Of a DNA stretch of 64,000 nt, positions 50,215 through 63,800 are shown piece after piece. The stretch's first letter is position 1. Each line of letters opens with the position of its first letter. The position numbers and the translations under genes were made by a program. The notes under the pieces were generated by a model. It made no database searches. It saw only the letters and a list, made by a program, of their open reading frames with translations, and was not told where the DNA came from. This DNA comes from Chiloscyllium plagiosum (taxonomy: Eukaryota): the NCBI RefSeq assembly GCF_004010195.1, contig NC_057749.1, positions 21,612,331 to 21,676,330 of the forward strand, read 5' to 3'.

Positions 50215-50585
50215 AGATGGCTAGCACGAGGGGGACATAGTTTTAAGTTGAGGGGTGAGAGATATAGGACAGATACCTGCAGTAATTACACTCGAATATG
50301 TGCAATAATCACACCCCGCAGTAATCATGCTCGGATATGTGCAGCAATACAGGACAGATGTGAGAGGTAGGTTTGTCACTCAGAGAGTAGTAGGGGTGTG
50401 GAATGCCCTGCCTGCAACAGTAGTAGACTCGCCAACTTTAAGGGCACTTAAATGGTCATTGGATAAATATATGGATGATGATGGATAGTGTAGGATAGAT
50501 GGGCTTCAGACTGGTTTCACAGGTCAGCACAACATCGAGGGCCGAAGGGCCTGGACTGCACTGTGTAATGTTCTGTGATCTATGA
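50215..50585 (+). mobile_element. CR1 3' end carrying a satellite-derived insertion at 50275-50346
   Basis: Matches the CR1 3' ends at 6690-6950 and 35441-35720. The insert is made of gcagtaat units. Confidence 0.85.
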
Positions 50586-50994
50586 CAATACAGAGGACCA
50601 TCAGACAGCCAACAGAATGTTTGCTGGATGGTGGCAACATGAGCAGCGTTTCTTTTAACAGGTAATTCAGCAAGTACCCACCTGGATCTCAGCTCCAGCA
50701 TTGCTGCTGGAAGCAGGTGGGGTGTAAACCTGAGGCTCAGGACCTTTCTGTCTGAGAGCACCTTTCCCTTGTGAAATGCCGCAAGGAATTTGGCGAATGG
50801 GTGATTGTATCTTTCTACACCACCCCCTTGCTTCTAAGTGCAGCCAATAACATCAAAATGGAGCGTGTGACTTCCTGACTGAATAACGCTGATGTTGACC
50901 CAAAGATGGGATCAGGATGGGCACAGAAATGAGAAGGAAACAAGCCCATATGTTCACACAGTCAGTTCTCATGGCCAGTGGCATTTAGATAAAG

Positions 50995-51316
50995 AATAGA
51001 ATCCCTGCAGCATGGAAAGAGGTCCTTCGGCCCAACAAGTTCACACCGACCCTCCAAAGGATAACCCACCCAGATCCATTCCCCTACATTTCCTCCTGAC
51101 TAATGCACCTGACCTACACCTCCCTGAATACCCTGGGCAATTTAGCGTGGCCAATCCACCTGACCTGCACATCTTTGGACTGTGGGAGGAAACCAGAGCA
51201 CCCCAAGGAAACCCCACGCAGACACGGGGAGAACGTGCAAACAGACAGTCACCCTAGGTTGGAATGGAACCCAGGTCATTGGCACTGTGAGGCAGCAATG
51301 CTAACCACGGAGTCAC
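50995..51316 (-). mobile_element. HE1-like SINE just left of the satellite boundary
   Basis: Reverse-complement HE1. Confidence 0.88.
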
Positions 51317-51335
51317 TAATTCATTGCCATCAGAA

Positions 51336-54300
51336 TAGAGTAATCACACTTGACTGCAGGCAATGGTCAGACTTTGGTAAGTGCAGCTATCACACTCAAG
51401 GGTGTGCAATGGTCACATCCTGGTACGTGTAGTAATCACACTCAATTGCAGGCAATTGCCACACTTGAATTAGTGCAATGGTCACACTCAAATACTTGCA
51501 GTAATTATGTCCAAATATGTGCAATTACTACAACTGAATACGTGCAGTAATCACATTTGAATACCTGCAGGAATCACACACAATTATGTGCAGTAAGCAC
51601 ACTCAATTATCTGCAGTAATCACAATCGAACAACCTGTAGTAATCACACTCGAATACCTGCAGTAATCACAGTCGAATACCTGTAGTAATCACACTCGAA
51701 TACCTGCGGTAATCACAATCGAATACCTGCAGTAATCACACTCGATTACGTGCAGTAATCACACTCGAATACCTGTAGTAATCACACTCGAATACCGGCA
51801 GTAATCACAATCGAATAACTGCAGTAATCACACTTGAATACCTGTAGTAATCACACTCGAATACCGGCAGTAATCACACTCGATTACCTGCAGTAATCAC
51901 ACTCGAATAACTGCAGTAATCACAATCGAATACCTGTAGTAATCACACTCGAAAACCTGTCGTAATCACACTCGAATACCGGCAGTAATCACAATCGAAT
52001 ACCTGTAATAATCACACTCGAATACCTGCAGTAATCACAATCAAATACCTGTAGTAATCACACTCGAATACTTGCAGTAATCACAATTGAATACCTGCAG
52101 TAATCACAATCGAATAACTGCAGTAATCACAATCGAATGCCGGCAGTAATCACAATCGAATACCTGTAGTAATCACACTCGAATACCTGTAATCACACTC
52201 GAATACTTGCAGTAATCACACTCGAATACCGGCAATAATCACAATCGAATACCTGTAATAATCACACTCGAATACCTGTAGTAATCACACTCGAATACCT
52301 GTAGTAATCACACTCGAATACCGGCAGTAATCACAATCGAATACCTGTAGTAATCACACTCAAATACCTGCAGTAATCACAATCGAAGACCTGCAGTAAT
52401 CACAATCGAATACCTGTTGTAATCACAATCGAATACCTGCAGTAATCACAATCGAATACCTGCAGTAATCACACTCAAATACCTGTAGTAATCACAATCG
52501 AAGACCTGCAGTAATCACAATCGAATACCTGTTGTAATCACACNNNNNNNNNNNNNNNNNNNNNNNNNNNNNNNNNNNNNNNNNNNNNNNNNNNNNNNNN
52601 NNNNNNNNNNNNNNNNNNNNNNNNNNNNNTAATCACACTCGAATACCTGTAGTAATCATACTCGAATACCTGCAGTAATCACACTCGAATACCTGTAGTA
52701 ATCACAATCGAATACCTGCAGTAATCACACTCAAATACCTGTAGTAATCACAATCGACGACCTGCAGTAATCACAATCGAATACCTGTTGTAATCACACT
52801 CGAATACCGGCAGTAATCACAATCGAATACCTGTAGTAATCACACTCGAATACCTGTTATAATCACACTCAAGTACCTCCAGTAATCACAATCGAATACC
52901 TGTAATAATCATGCATGAATATCTGCAGTAATCACACACGAATACCTGTCGTAATCACACTCGAATACCGGCAGTAATCACACTCGAATACCTGCAGTAA
53001 TCACAATCGAATACCTGTAATAATCACACCCAAATACCTGCAGTAATCACAATCGAATACCTGTAGTAAACACAATCGAATAATTGCAGTAATCACACTC
53101 GAATGCCTGCAGTAATCACAATCGAATACCTGCAGTAATCACACTCGAATACTTGCAGTAATCACAATCGAATACCTGTAGTAATCACACTCGAATACCT
53201 GCAGTAATCACACTCAAATACCTGTAGTAATCACACTCGAATACCTGCAGTAATCACAATTGAATACCTGAAGTAATTACACTCAAATGCCTGCAGTAAT
53301 CACAATCGAGTACCTGCAGGAATCACACTCAAATACCTGCAGTAATCACACACGAATACCTGCAGTAATACCTGCAGTAATCACACACGAATACCTGCAG
53401 TAATCACACACAATTACATGAGTTATCACACTTGAATACCTGCAGTAATCACACTCGAATACCTGTAGTAATCACACTTGAATACCGGCAGTAATCACAA
53501 TTGAATACCTGTAGTAATTACACTCGAATACCTGCAGTAATCACACGCGAATACCTGCAGTAATCACACACAATTACATGAGTTATCACACTCGAATAAC
53601 TGCAGTAATCACACTCGAATACCTGTAGTATCACACTCGAATACCGGCAGTAATCACAATCGAATACCTGTAGTAATTACACTCGAATGCCTGCAGTAAT
53701 CACAATCGAGTACCTGCAGTAATCACAATCGAATACTTGCAGTAATCACAATCGAATACCTGCAGTAATCACACGCGAATACCTGCAGTAATCACAATCG
53801 AATACCTGTAGTAATCACATTTGAATACCTGCAGTAATCACAATCGAATACGTGCAGTAATCACAATCGAATACCTGCAGTAATCACACTCAAATATCTG
53901 TAGTAATCACAATCGAATGCCTGTAGTAATCACACTCGAATACCTGCAGTAATCACACTCGAATACCTGCAGTAATCACACTCAAATACCTGTAGTAATC
54001 ACACTCGAATACTTGCAGTAATCACAATCGAATACCTGTAGTAATTACACTCGAATGCCTGCAGTAATCACACTCGAATAACTGCAGTAATCACAATCGA
54101 ATGCCTGTAGAAATCACCCTCGAATACCTGCAGTAATCACACTCGAATACCTGCAGTAATCACACTCAAATATCTGTAATAATCACACTCGAATACCGGC
54201 AGTACTCACACTCAAATACCTGCAGTAATCACAACCGAATACCTGTAGTAATCACACTCGAATAACTGCAGTAATCACAATTGAATACCTGCAGTAATCA

Positions 54301-57045
54301 CAATTGAATACCTGCTGTAATTACAATCAAATGCCTGCAGTAATCACAATCGAGTACCTGCCGGAATCACACTCAAATACCTGCAGTAATCACTCTCGAA
54401 TACCTGCAGCAATCACACACAATTACTGGAGTTATCACACTCGAATACCTGCAGTAATCACACTCGAATACCTGTAGTAATCACACTCGAATACCGGCAG
54501 TAATCACAATCGAATACCTGCAGTAATCACAATCGAATACTTGCAGTAATCACAATCGAATACCTGCAGTAATCACAATCGAATACCTGCAGTAATCACA
54601 ATCGAATACTTGCAGTAATCACACTCGAATGCCTGCAGTAATCACAATCGAATACCTGCAGTAATCACAATCGAATACCTGCAGTAATCACAATCGAATC
54701 CCTGTAGTAATCACAATAGAATACCGGCAGTAATCACAATCGAATACCTGTAGTAATCACACTCGAATACCTGCAGTAATCACACTCAAATACCTGTAGT
54801 AATCACAATCGCATACATGTAGTAATCACAATAGAATACCTGCAGTAATCACAATCGAATACCTGCAGTAATCACACTCAAATACCTGTAGTAATCACAC
54901 TCGAATACCGGCAGTAATCACACTCGAATACCTGCAGTAATCACAATTGAATACCTGTAGTAATTACACTCGAATGCCTGCAGTAATCACACTCGAATAC
55001 CTGCAGTAATCACAATCGAATACCTGTAGTAATCACAATCGAATACCTGCAGTAATCACACTCGAATACCTGCAGTAATCACAATCGAATACCTGTAGTA
55101 ATCACATTCGTATACCTGCAGTAATCACAATCGAATACCTGCAGTAATCACAATCGAATACCTGCAGTAATCACACTCAAATGCCTGTAGTAATCACACT
55201 CGAATACCGGCAGTAATCACACTCGAATACCTGCGGTAATCACAATCGAATACCTGTAGTAATTACACTCGAATGCCTGCAGTAATCACACTCGAATACC
55301 TGCAGTAATCACAATCGAATACCTGTAGTAATCACACTCGAATACCTGCAGTAATCGCAATCGAATACCTGCAGTAATCACACTCAAATACCTGTAATAA
55401 TCACACTCGAATACCGGCAGTAATCACACTCGAATACCTACAGTAATCACACTCAAATACCTGTAATAATCACACTCGAATACCGGCAGTAATCACACTC
55501 GAATACCTGCAGTAATCACAATCGAATACCTGTAGTAATTACACTCAAATGCCTGCTTTAATCACACTCAGATACCTGTAGTAATCACAATCGAATACCT
55601 GTAGTAATCACACTCGAATACCTGCAGTAATCACACTCGAATACCTGCAGTAATCACAATCGAATACCTGTAGTAATCACATTCAGATACATGCAGTAAT
55701 CACACTCAGATATGTGCAGTAATCACACTCAAATACCTGTAGTAATCACACTCGAATACCTGCAGTAATCACAATCGAATACCTTTAGTAATTACACTCG
55801 AATACCTGCAGTAATCACACTCGAATACCTGCAGTAATCACAATCGAATACCCGTAGTAATCACACTCGAATACCTGCAGTAATCACAATTGAATACCTG
55901 CAGTAATTACGCTCAAATGCCTGCAGTAATCACAGTCGAGTACCTGCAGGAATCACACTCAAATACCTGCAGTCATCACTCTCGAATACCTGTAGTAATC
56001 ACACACAATTACATGCAGTTATCACACTCGAATACCTTCAGTAATCACTCTCAATTATGTACAGTAATCACATTTGGATGTGTGAAATAATCACACTCAG
56101 ATACCAACAGTAATTACACTTGAATATGTGCAATAATCACACCCAAATATCTGGAGTAATCATGCTAATACCTTCAGTAATCACTCTCAATTATGTACAG
56201 TAATCATATTTGGATATGTGAAATAATCACACTCAGATACCAACAGTAATTACACTTGAATATGTGCAATAATCACACCCAAATATCTGGAGTAATCATG
56301 CTTGGATATGTGCAGCAATCAAACTCGAATACCTGCAGTAACCACACTCGCATATGTGCAGTAAACACACTCAGATACCTGTAGTAATCACACCCAAATA
56401 TCTGCAGTAATCTACACCCAAATATCTGCAGAAATTACACTCAGATACGTGCCATAATCACACATGAATGCTTGCAATAATCACACCCAAATACCTGCAG
56501 TATTCACACTTGGATACGTGCAGTAATCACACTCAAATTCCTGTAGGCTTCACACTCAAATGCCAACAATAATCACGTGCAATTATTACGTGCAATAATC
56601 ATACTCGAATACTTGCAGTAATCAGGTTCGAATGCGTGTAGTAATCACACTCAAATACATGCAGTAATCACACTCAAATACCTGCAGTAAGCATAGTCAA
56701 TTACGTGCAGTAATCACATTCTAATACCTGCAGTAATCACACATGAATACCGGCAGTAATCAGAGTCGAATACCTACAGTAATCACACTTGAGTAACTGC
56801 AGTAATCACACATGGATACATGCAGTAATCACACTCAATACCTGCAATAATCACATTCAGATATGTGCAGGAATTTCCCAAATACTTGCAGTAATCACAC
56901 TTGATTATGTACAGTAATCACATTTGGTATGTGAAATAATCACACTCAGATACCTGCAATAATCACACTTCGATGTGTGCAATAATTACACTTGAATACC
57001 TGCAGTAATCACACTTGAATAAGTGCAGTAATCACATTTGGATAT
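51336..57045 (+). repeat. 23-bp satellite array, block A (~250 units including one gap); consensus GCAGTAATCACA(C/A)TCGAATACCT
   Basis: gtaatcac recurs every 23 bp (e.g. 51663, 51686). The core at ~51620-55900 is homogeneous and the edges are diverged. Confidence 0.97.
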
Positions 57046-57293
57046 TCAAAGTTTGTGCGAAGATTTGTAGCTCGGGTGCTCGTTGTTGTGGTTCTGTTCG
57101 CCGAGCTGGAAGTTTTTGTTGCAAACGTTTCGTCCCCTGGCTAGGCGACATCATCAGTGCTGGGTACCCAATATACCAACCACGACAGCGGACAGCTGAA
57201 ACTGACAACCGGAAACGGCAGGGACAGACCACTATAAACACCAGAGGAAACATCAAAGAAGCGCTTCGCAGGAGGCTCCCAAGCACTGATGAT
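57046..57293. mobile_element. Fold-back PLE family-4 terminus capping satellite block A
   Basis: The minus arm (57046-57165) is related to 40600-40725. The plus arm ends gcttcgcaggaggctcccaagcactgatgatg. Confidence 0.75.
57121..57160 (-). ncRNA. Hammerhead ribozyme motif (family 4)
   Basis: Minus strand gca-CTGATGA-t-GTCgCCT-agcc-AGGgGAC-GAAAC-GTT-tgc; stem I gca/tgc. Confidence 0.75.
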
Positions 57294-57869
57294 GGTTAGA
57301 AGGCAGTTATGGGTCAACAACATTGCGGTTGTTACATGTCAGCCAGACCAGGGAAGGGCGACAGATTTGGTTCCCTAAAGAGGAGCACACCAGTCACATT
57401 GTGAAGGAACAGTGGGACATTGTAAGAGGTACATGAGGACTGAACCTTCTACCTCCCAGTCCAGCATCACTCACAAAATATATCTTACATTATGCTTCAA
57501 AATTATATTCTACTTTAAAATGAGAGGAAATCAGTTCCATGCTTATGAAATCTTGCATTAGCTTTCTGATTTATGGCTATCAGGTGAACCTTTTATGGTC
57601 ACTAGGGATTCCTTTGGCCTCACAGAAACAACTACCTTCCATCTGCAAAGACCAATGGCATAGTCAATGTTGCTTGTATCCAACATTTACACCACACACC
57701 ACTGGACACTGCTTGTATTTCACCTGCGCAGTGATANNNNNNNNNNNNNNNNNNNNNNNNNNNNNNNNNNNNNNNNNNNNNNNNNNNNNNNNNNNNNNNN
57801 NNNNNNNNNNNNNNNNNNNNNNNNNNNNNNNNNNNNNNNNNNNNNNNNNNNNNNNNNNNNNNNNNNNNN

Positions 57870-60800
57870 ACCTGCAGTAATCACACTCAAACACATGCAG
57901 TAATCACACTCACATACCTGCAGTAATCACACACAAACACAAGCAGTAATCACACTCACAAACCTGCAGTAATCACACTCACATACCTACAGTAATCACA
58001 ACAAAATGCCAGCGTAATCCAACTCAAATACTTGCACTAATCACACACAAATACCTGAAGTAATCAGGCCGAAATACCTGCACTAATCACACTCACATAC
58101 CTGCAGTAATCACACTCAAACACATGCAGTAATCGCACTCAAATACCTGCAGTAATCGCACTCAAACACATGCAGTAATCACTACCTGCAGTAATCGCAC
58201 TCAAACACATGCAGTAATCACACTCACATACCTGCAGTAATCACACACAAACACATGCAGTAATCACACTCGGACACCTGCAGTAATCACACTCAAACAC
58301 ATGCAAAAATCACACTCACAAACCTGCAGTAATCACACTCACATACCTACAGTAATCACAACAAAATGCCAGCGTAATCCAACTCAAATACTTGCACTAA
58401 TCACACACAAATACCTGAAGTAATCAGGCCGAAATACCTGCACTAATCACACTCACATACCTGCAGTAATCACACTCAAACACATGCAGAAATCACACTC
58501 ACATACCTGCAGTAATCACACACAAACACAAGCAGTAATCACACTCACAAACCTGCAGTAATCACACTCAAACACATGCAGTAATCACACTCAAATACCT
58601 GCAGTAATCACACTCACATACCTACAGTAATCACAACAAAATGCCAGCATAATCCAACTCAAATACTTGCACTAATCACACACAAATACCTGAAGTAATC
58701 AGGCCGAAATACCTGCAGTAATCACACTCGGAAACGAGCAGTAATTACACTCAACTACACGCAGTAACCTCACTCAGATACCTGCAATAATCACACACGA
58801 GTACGTGCAGTAATCACTCTCGCACACCTGCAGTGATCATATTCGATTACATGCAGGAATCACACTTGAATACCTGTAGTAATCACACTCAGATACCTGC
58901 AGTAATCACACTCGAATATGTGCAGTAATCACGCTCGAATACATGTAGTAATCACACTCACACACCTGACGTAATCAAACTCAGGTACCTTCAGTAATCA
59001 CACCCAAATACCAGCAGAAATGACACTCAACTACATGCAGTAATCACACTTAGATACCTGTAGTAATCGCACTGTACTGCACTGTAGTATGTGCAGTAAT
59101 CACACTCAAATACCTGCAGTAATCACACTCAAACACATGCAGTAATCACACTCACATACCTGCAGTAATCACACACAAACACAAGCAGTAATCACACTCA
59201 CATACCTGCAGTAATCACACTCAAACACATGCATTAATCACACTCAAAAACTGCAGTAATCACACTCAAACACATGCAGTAATCACACTCAAATGCCTGC
59301 AGTAATCACACCTAATAACCTGCAGTAACCACAATTGGAAATGAGCAGTAATCACACTCGGATACGTGCAGGAATCACCCTCGGATACCTGTAGTAATCA
59401 CATTCAGATACATGCAGTAATCACACTCAGATATGCGCAGTAATCACCCTCAAATACCTGTAGTAATCACACTCAGATAGATGCAGTAATCACACTCAGA
59501 TATGTGCAGTAATCACCCTCAAATACCTGTAGTAATCACACTCAGATACGTGCAGTAATCACACTTGAACATGTGCAGTAATCACCCTCAAATACCTGTA
59601 GTAATCACACTCAGATACCTGTAGTAATCACACATGAATATGTGCAGTAATCACCCTCAAATACCTGTAGTAATCACACTCAGATACCTGCAGTAATCAC
59701 CCTCGGATACCTGTAGTAATCACACTCAGATACATGCAGTAATCACACTCAGATATGTGCAGTAATCACCCTCAAATACCAGTAGTAATCACACTCAGAT
59801 ACGTGCAGTAATCACACTCGAATACGTGCAGTAATCACACTCGGATATGTGCAGTGATCACACCCAAATAACGCAGTAACCACACGCGCAAATGTGCAGT
59901 AATCACACCCAAATATTAGCAGTAATCACACTCATATACCTGTAGTAATTGTACTTGAACACATGCAGTAATCACACTCTAGTAACTGCAGTGATCACAC
60001 TCAAATACATGCAGTAATCACACTCACAAACCTGCAGTAATCACACTCAAACACATGCAGTAATCACACTCACAAACCTGCAGTAATCACACTCAAACAC
60101 ATGCAGTAATCACACTCACATACCTGCAGTAATCACACTCAAATACCTGCAGTAATCACACTCAAACACATGCAGTAATCACAGTCAAATACCTGCAGTA
60201 ATCACACTCAAACACATGCATTAATCACATTCAAATACCTGCAGTAATCACACTCAAACACATGCAGTAATCACACTCAAATACCTGCAGTAATCACACC
60301 TAATAACCTGCAGTAACCACAGTTGGAAATGAGCAGTAATCACACTCAGATACGTGCAGTAATCACCCTAGGATACCTGTAGTAATCACGTTCAGATACA
60401 TGCAGTAATCACACTCAGATATGTGCAGTAATCACCCTCAAAAACCTGTAGTAATCACACTCAGATACATGCAGTAATCACACTCAGATATGTGCAGTAA
60501 TCACACTCAAATACCTGTAGTAATCACACTCAGATACGTGCAGTAATCACACTCGAATATGTGCAGTAATCACACTCAGATATGTGCAGTGATCACACCC
60601 AAATAACTCAGTAAGTACACGCGCAAATGTGCAGTAATCACACCCAAATATTTGCAGTAATCACACTCATATACCTGTAGTAATTGTACTTGAACACATG
60701 CAGTAATCACACTCTAGTAACTGCAGTGATCACACTCAAATACATGCAATAATCACACCTGAATAACTGCAGTAATCACACCTGGATACATGCAGTAATC

Positions 60801-63800
60801 ACACTCAAATACCTGCAGTAATCACACTCGGTTAAGTGCAGTAATCGCACTCGATTATGTGCAATAATCACACTCAATTATATGCAGTAATCACACTCAG
60901 ATACCTGCAGTAATCACACTTGAATACCTATAGTAATCATACTTGAGTAAATGTAGTAATCACACTCGATTATGTGCAGTTATCACACTCAAGTACCTGC
61001 AGTAATCACACTTGGATATGTGCAGTGATCACAGTCAGATACCTGCAGTAATCACACTTGGATATGTGCAGTAATCACACTCAGATACCTGCTGTACTCA
61101 CACTCAGATACCTGCAATAATCACACTCAAGTACCTGCAGTAATCACACTTGGATATGTGCAGTGATCACACTCAGATACCTGCAGTAATCACGCTCAGA
61201 TACCTGCAGTAATCACACTTGGATATGTGCAATAATCACACTCAGATACCTGCTGTACTCACACTCAGATACCTGCAATAATCACACTCAATTACCTGCA
61301 ATAATCACACTCAGATACCTGCAGAAATCTCACTCAAATACCTGCAGTAATCGCACTCGAATACCTGTAGTGATCATACTTAAATATGTGCAGTAATCAC
61401 ACTCAGATAGTTCAGTAATCACACTCAAATATCTGCAGTAATCATACTCAGATACCTGCTGTAATCACACTTGGATACCTGCAGTAATTACACTCGAATA
61501 CCTGCAGTAATCACACTTGATTACACGCAATAATCATTCTTGATTACTTGCAGTAAGCAGGTTCGAATATGTGCATTAGTCACACTCAAATATGTGCAGT
61601 AATTGCACTCGAATACCTGCAGTAATCACACTCGAATACCTGCAGTAAGCACAGTCAATTATGTGCCATAATCACACTTGGATATGTGCAGTAATCACAC
61701 TCAATTACCTGCAGTATTCAGATTCGAATACCTGCAGTAATCACACTCAAATTCCTGCAGTAATCACACTCGGAAACCTGTAGTAATCACACTCAGATAC
61801 GTGCAGTAATCACACTCAGATACCTGCAATAATCATACTCAGGTAAGTGCAGTAATCACACTCGAATACCTGCAGTAAGCATAGTCAATTACGTGCTGCA
61901 ATCACACTTAGATATGTGCAGTAATCACACTCGATTAACTGCAGTAATCAGATTCAAATGCCTGCAGTAATTACACTAGAATACCTGCATAAGTCACACA
62001 CAAATATCTGCAATAATCATACGCAAATACGTACAGTAATCACACTCAGATATGTGCAGTATTCACACTCAAATATGTGCAGTGATCACACCCAAATACC
62101 GCAGTAACCACACTCATATACATGCAGCAGTCTCAGCCAAATACCAATAGTAATCACACTCGGATAAGTGCAGTAATCACACTCAAATACTTGCAATAAT
62201 CACATTCGGATATGTGCAGTAATCACCCCCAAATACCTATAATAATCACGCTTGAATATGTGCAGTAACCACACTCAGATACCTGCAGTAATCACACTCG
62301 AATACCTGTAATAATCACACTCAGATATGTGCAGCAATCACACTCGAATATGTGCAGTAGTCACACCCGAATACCTGCAGTAATCACACTCGAATACCTA
62401 CAGTAATCACACTCAAATAACTGCAATGATCACACTTGAATACCTGCACTAATCACACTTGAAAAACTGTAGTAATCATATCTGGATACATGCAGTAATC
62501 ACACTCAAATACCTGCAGTAATCATACTTGGATAAGTGTAGTCACACTCAGCAGATACCTGCAGTAATCATACATGGATAAGTGTCGTAATCACACTCAG
62601 ATACCTCCAGTAATCACACTTGGATTCCTGCTGTAATCACACTCAGATACCTGCAGTAATCACACTCAGATATCTGCCAAACACATACTCAGGTTCCTGC
62701 AATAATCATACTCAGATATGTGCCGAAATCACTTCAGATACCTACAGTAATCGCAATTGAATACCTGCAGTAATCACATTCGAATACCTGCAATAATCAC
62801 ACTCAGATACTTGCAGATACCTGTAATAATCACACTTAAATATGCACAGTAATCACACTCAGATAATTCAGTAACCGCACTGAAATACCTGCAGTAATCA
62901 CAATTGAATACCACCAGTAATCAGAGTTGAATATGTGCAGTAATCACATCTTTTCACCTGCAGTAATCACACTCACTTTAATGCAGTAATCACACTCGAA
63001 TACGTGCAGTAATCACACTCAGATATATGCAGTAATCACACTCAAATACGTGCAGTAATCACACTCAGATATGTACAGTAATCACACTCAAATTCCTGCA
63101 GGAATCACACTCGAATACCAAAAATAACCACACTCGAATAACTGCAGTAACCACACTCGAATACCTGCAGTAATCACACCTGGATACATGCAGTAATCAT
63201 ACGCATATACCGGTAATAATCACATTCGGATATGTGCAGTAGTCACACCCAAACACGTGATGTAATCATACTCGATAACTTCAATAATTGCACTTGAATA
63301 TGTGCAATAATCAAACTCAGATACCTGCAGCAATCGCACTTAAATATGTGCAGTAATCACACTCATATACCTGCAGTAATCACACTCGAATACCTGCAGT
63401 ACTCACACTCGATTATGTGCAGAATTAATATTTCGATATGTGAAGTAATCACACTCAGATACCTACAGTAATCACCCTCGAATAAGTGCAGTAATCAAAC
63501 TCAGATACCTGCAGTAATCACACTCGAATATGTGCAGTAATCACAATCGAATACCTCCAGTAATCAGAGTTGAATATGTGCAGTAATCATATCCTTTCAC
63601 CTGCAGTAATCACACTCATATAGTGCAGTAATCACACTCAGATACGTACAGTAATCACACTCAAATTCCTGCAGGAATCACACTTGAATACCTGCGGTAA
63701 TCACACTTGGATACCTGCAGTAATCACACTCAAATACCTGCGGTAATCACACTCAGATACCTGCAGTAATCAGACTTGAAAATGTGCAGTAATCACACTT

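Noticed and set aside
55890..56090. Repetitive protein ORFs in the satellite (also 51350-51550)
   Set aside because: The 23-bp unit shifts frame each repeat and its TAA terminates any frame within about three units. These ORFs arise from chance loss of stops.
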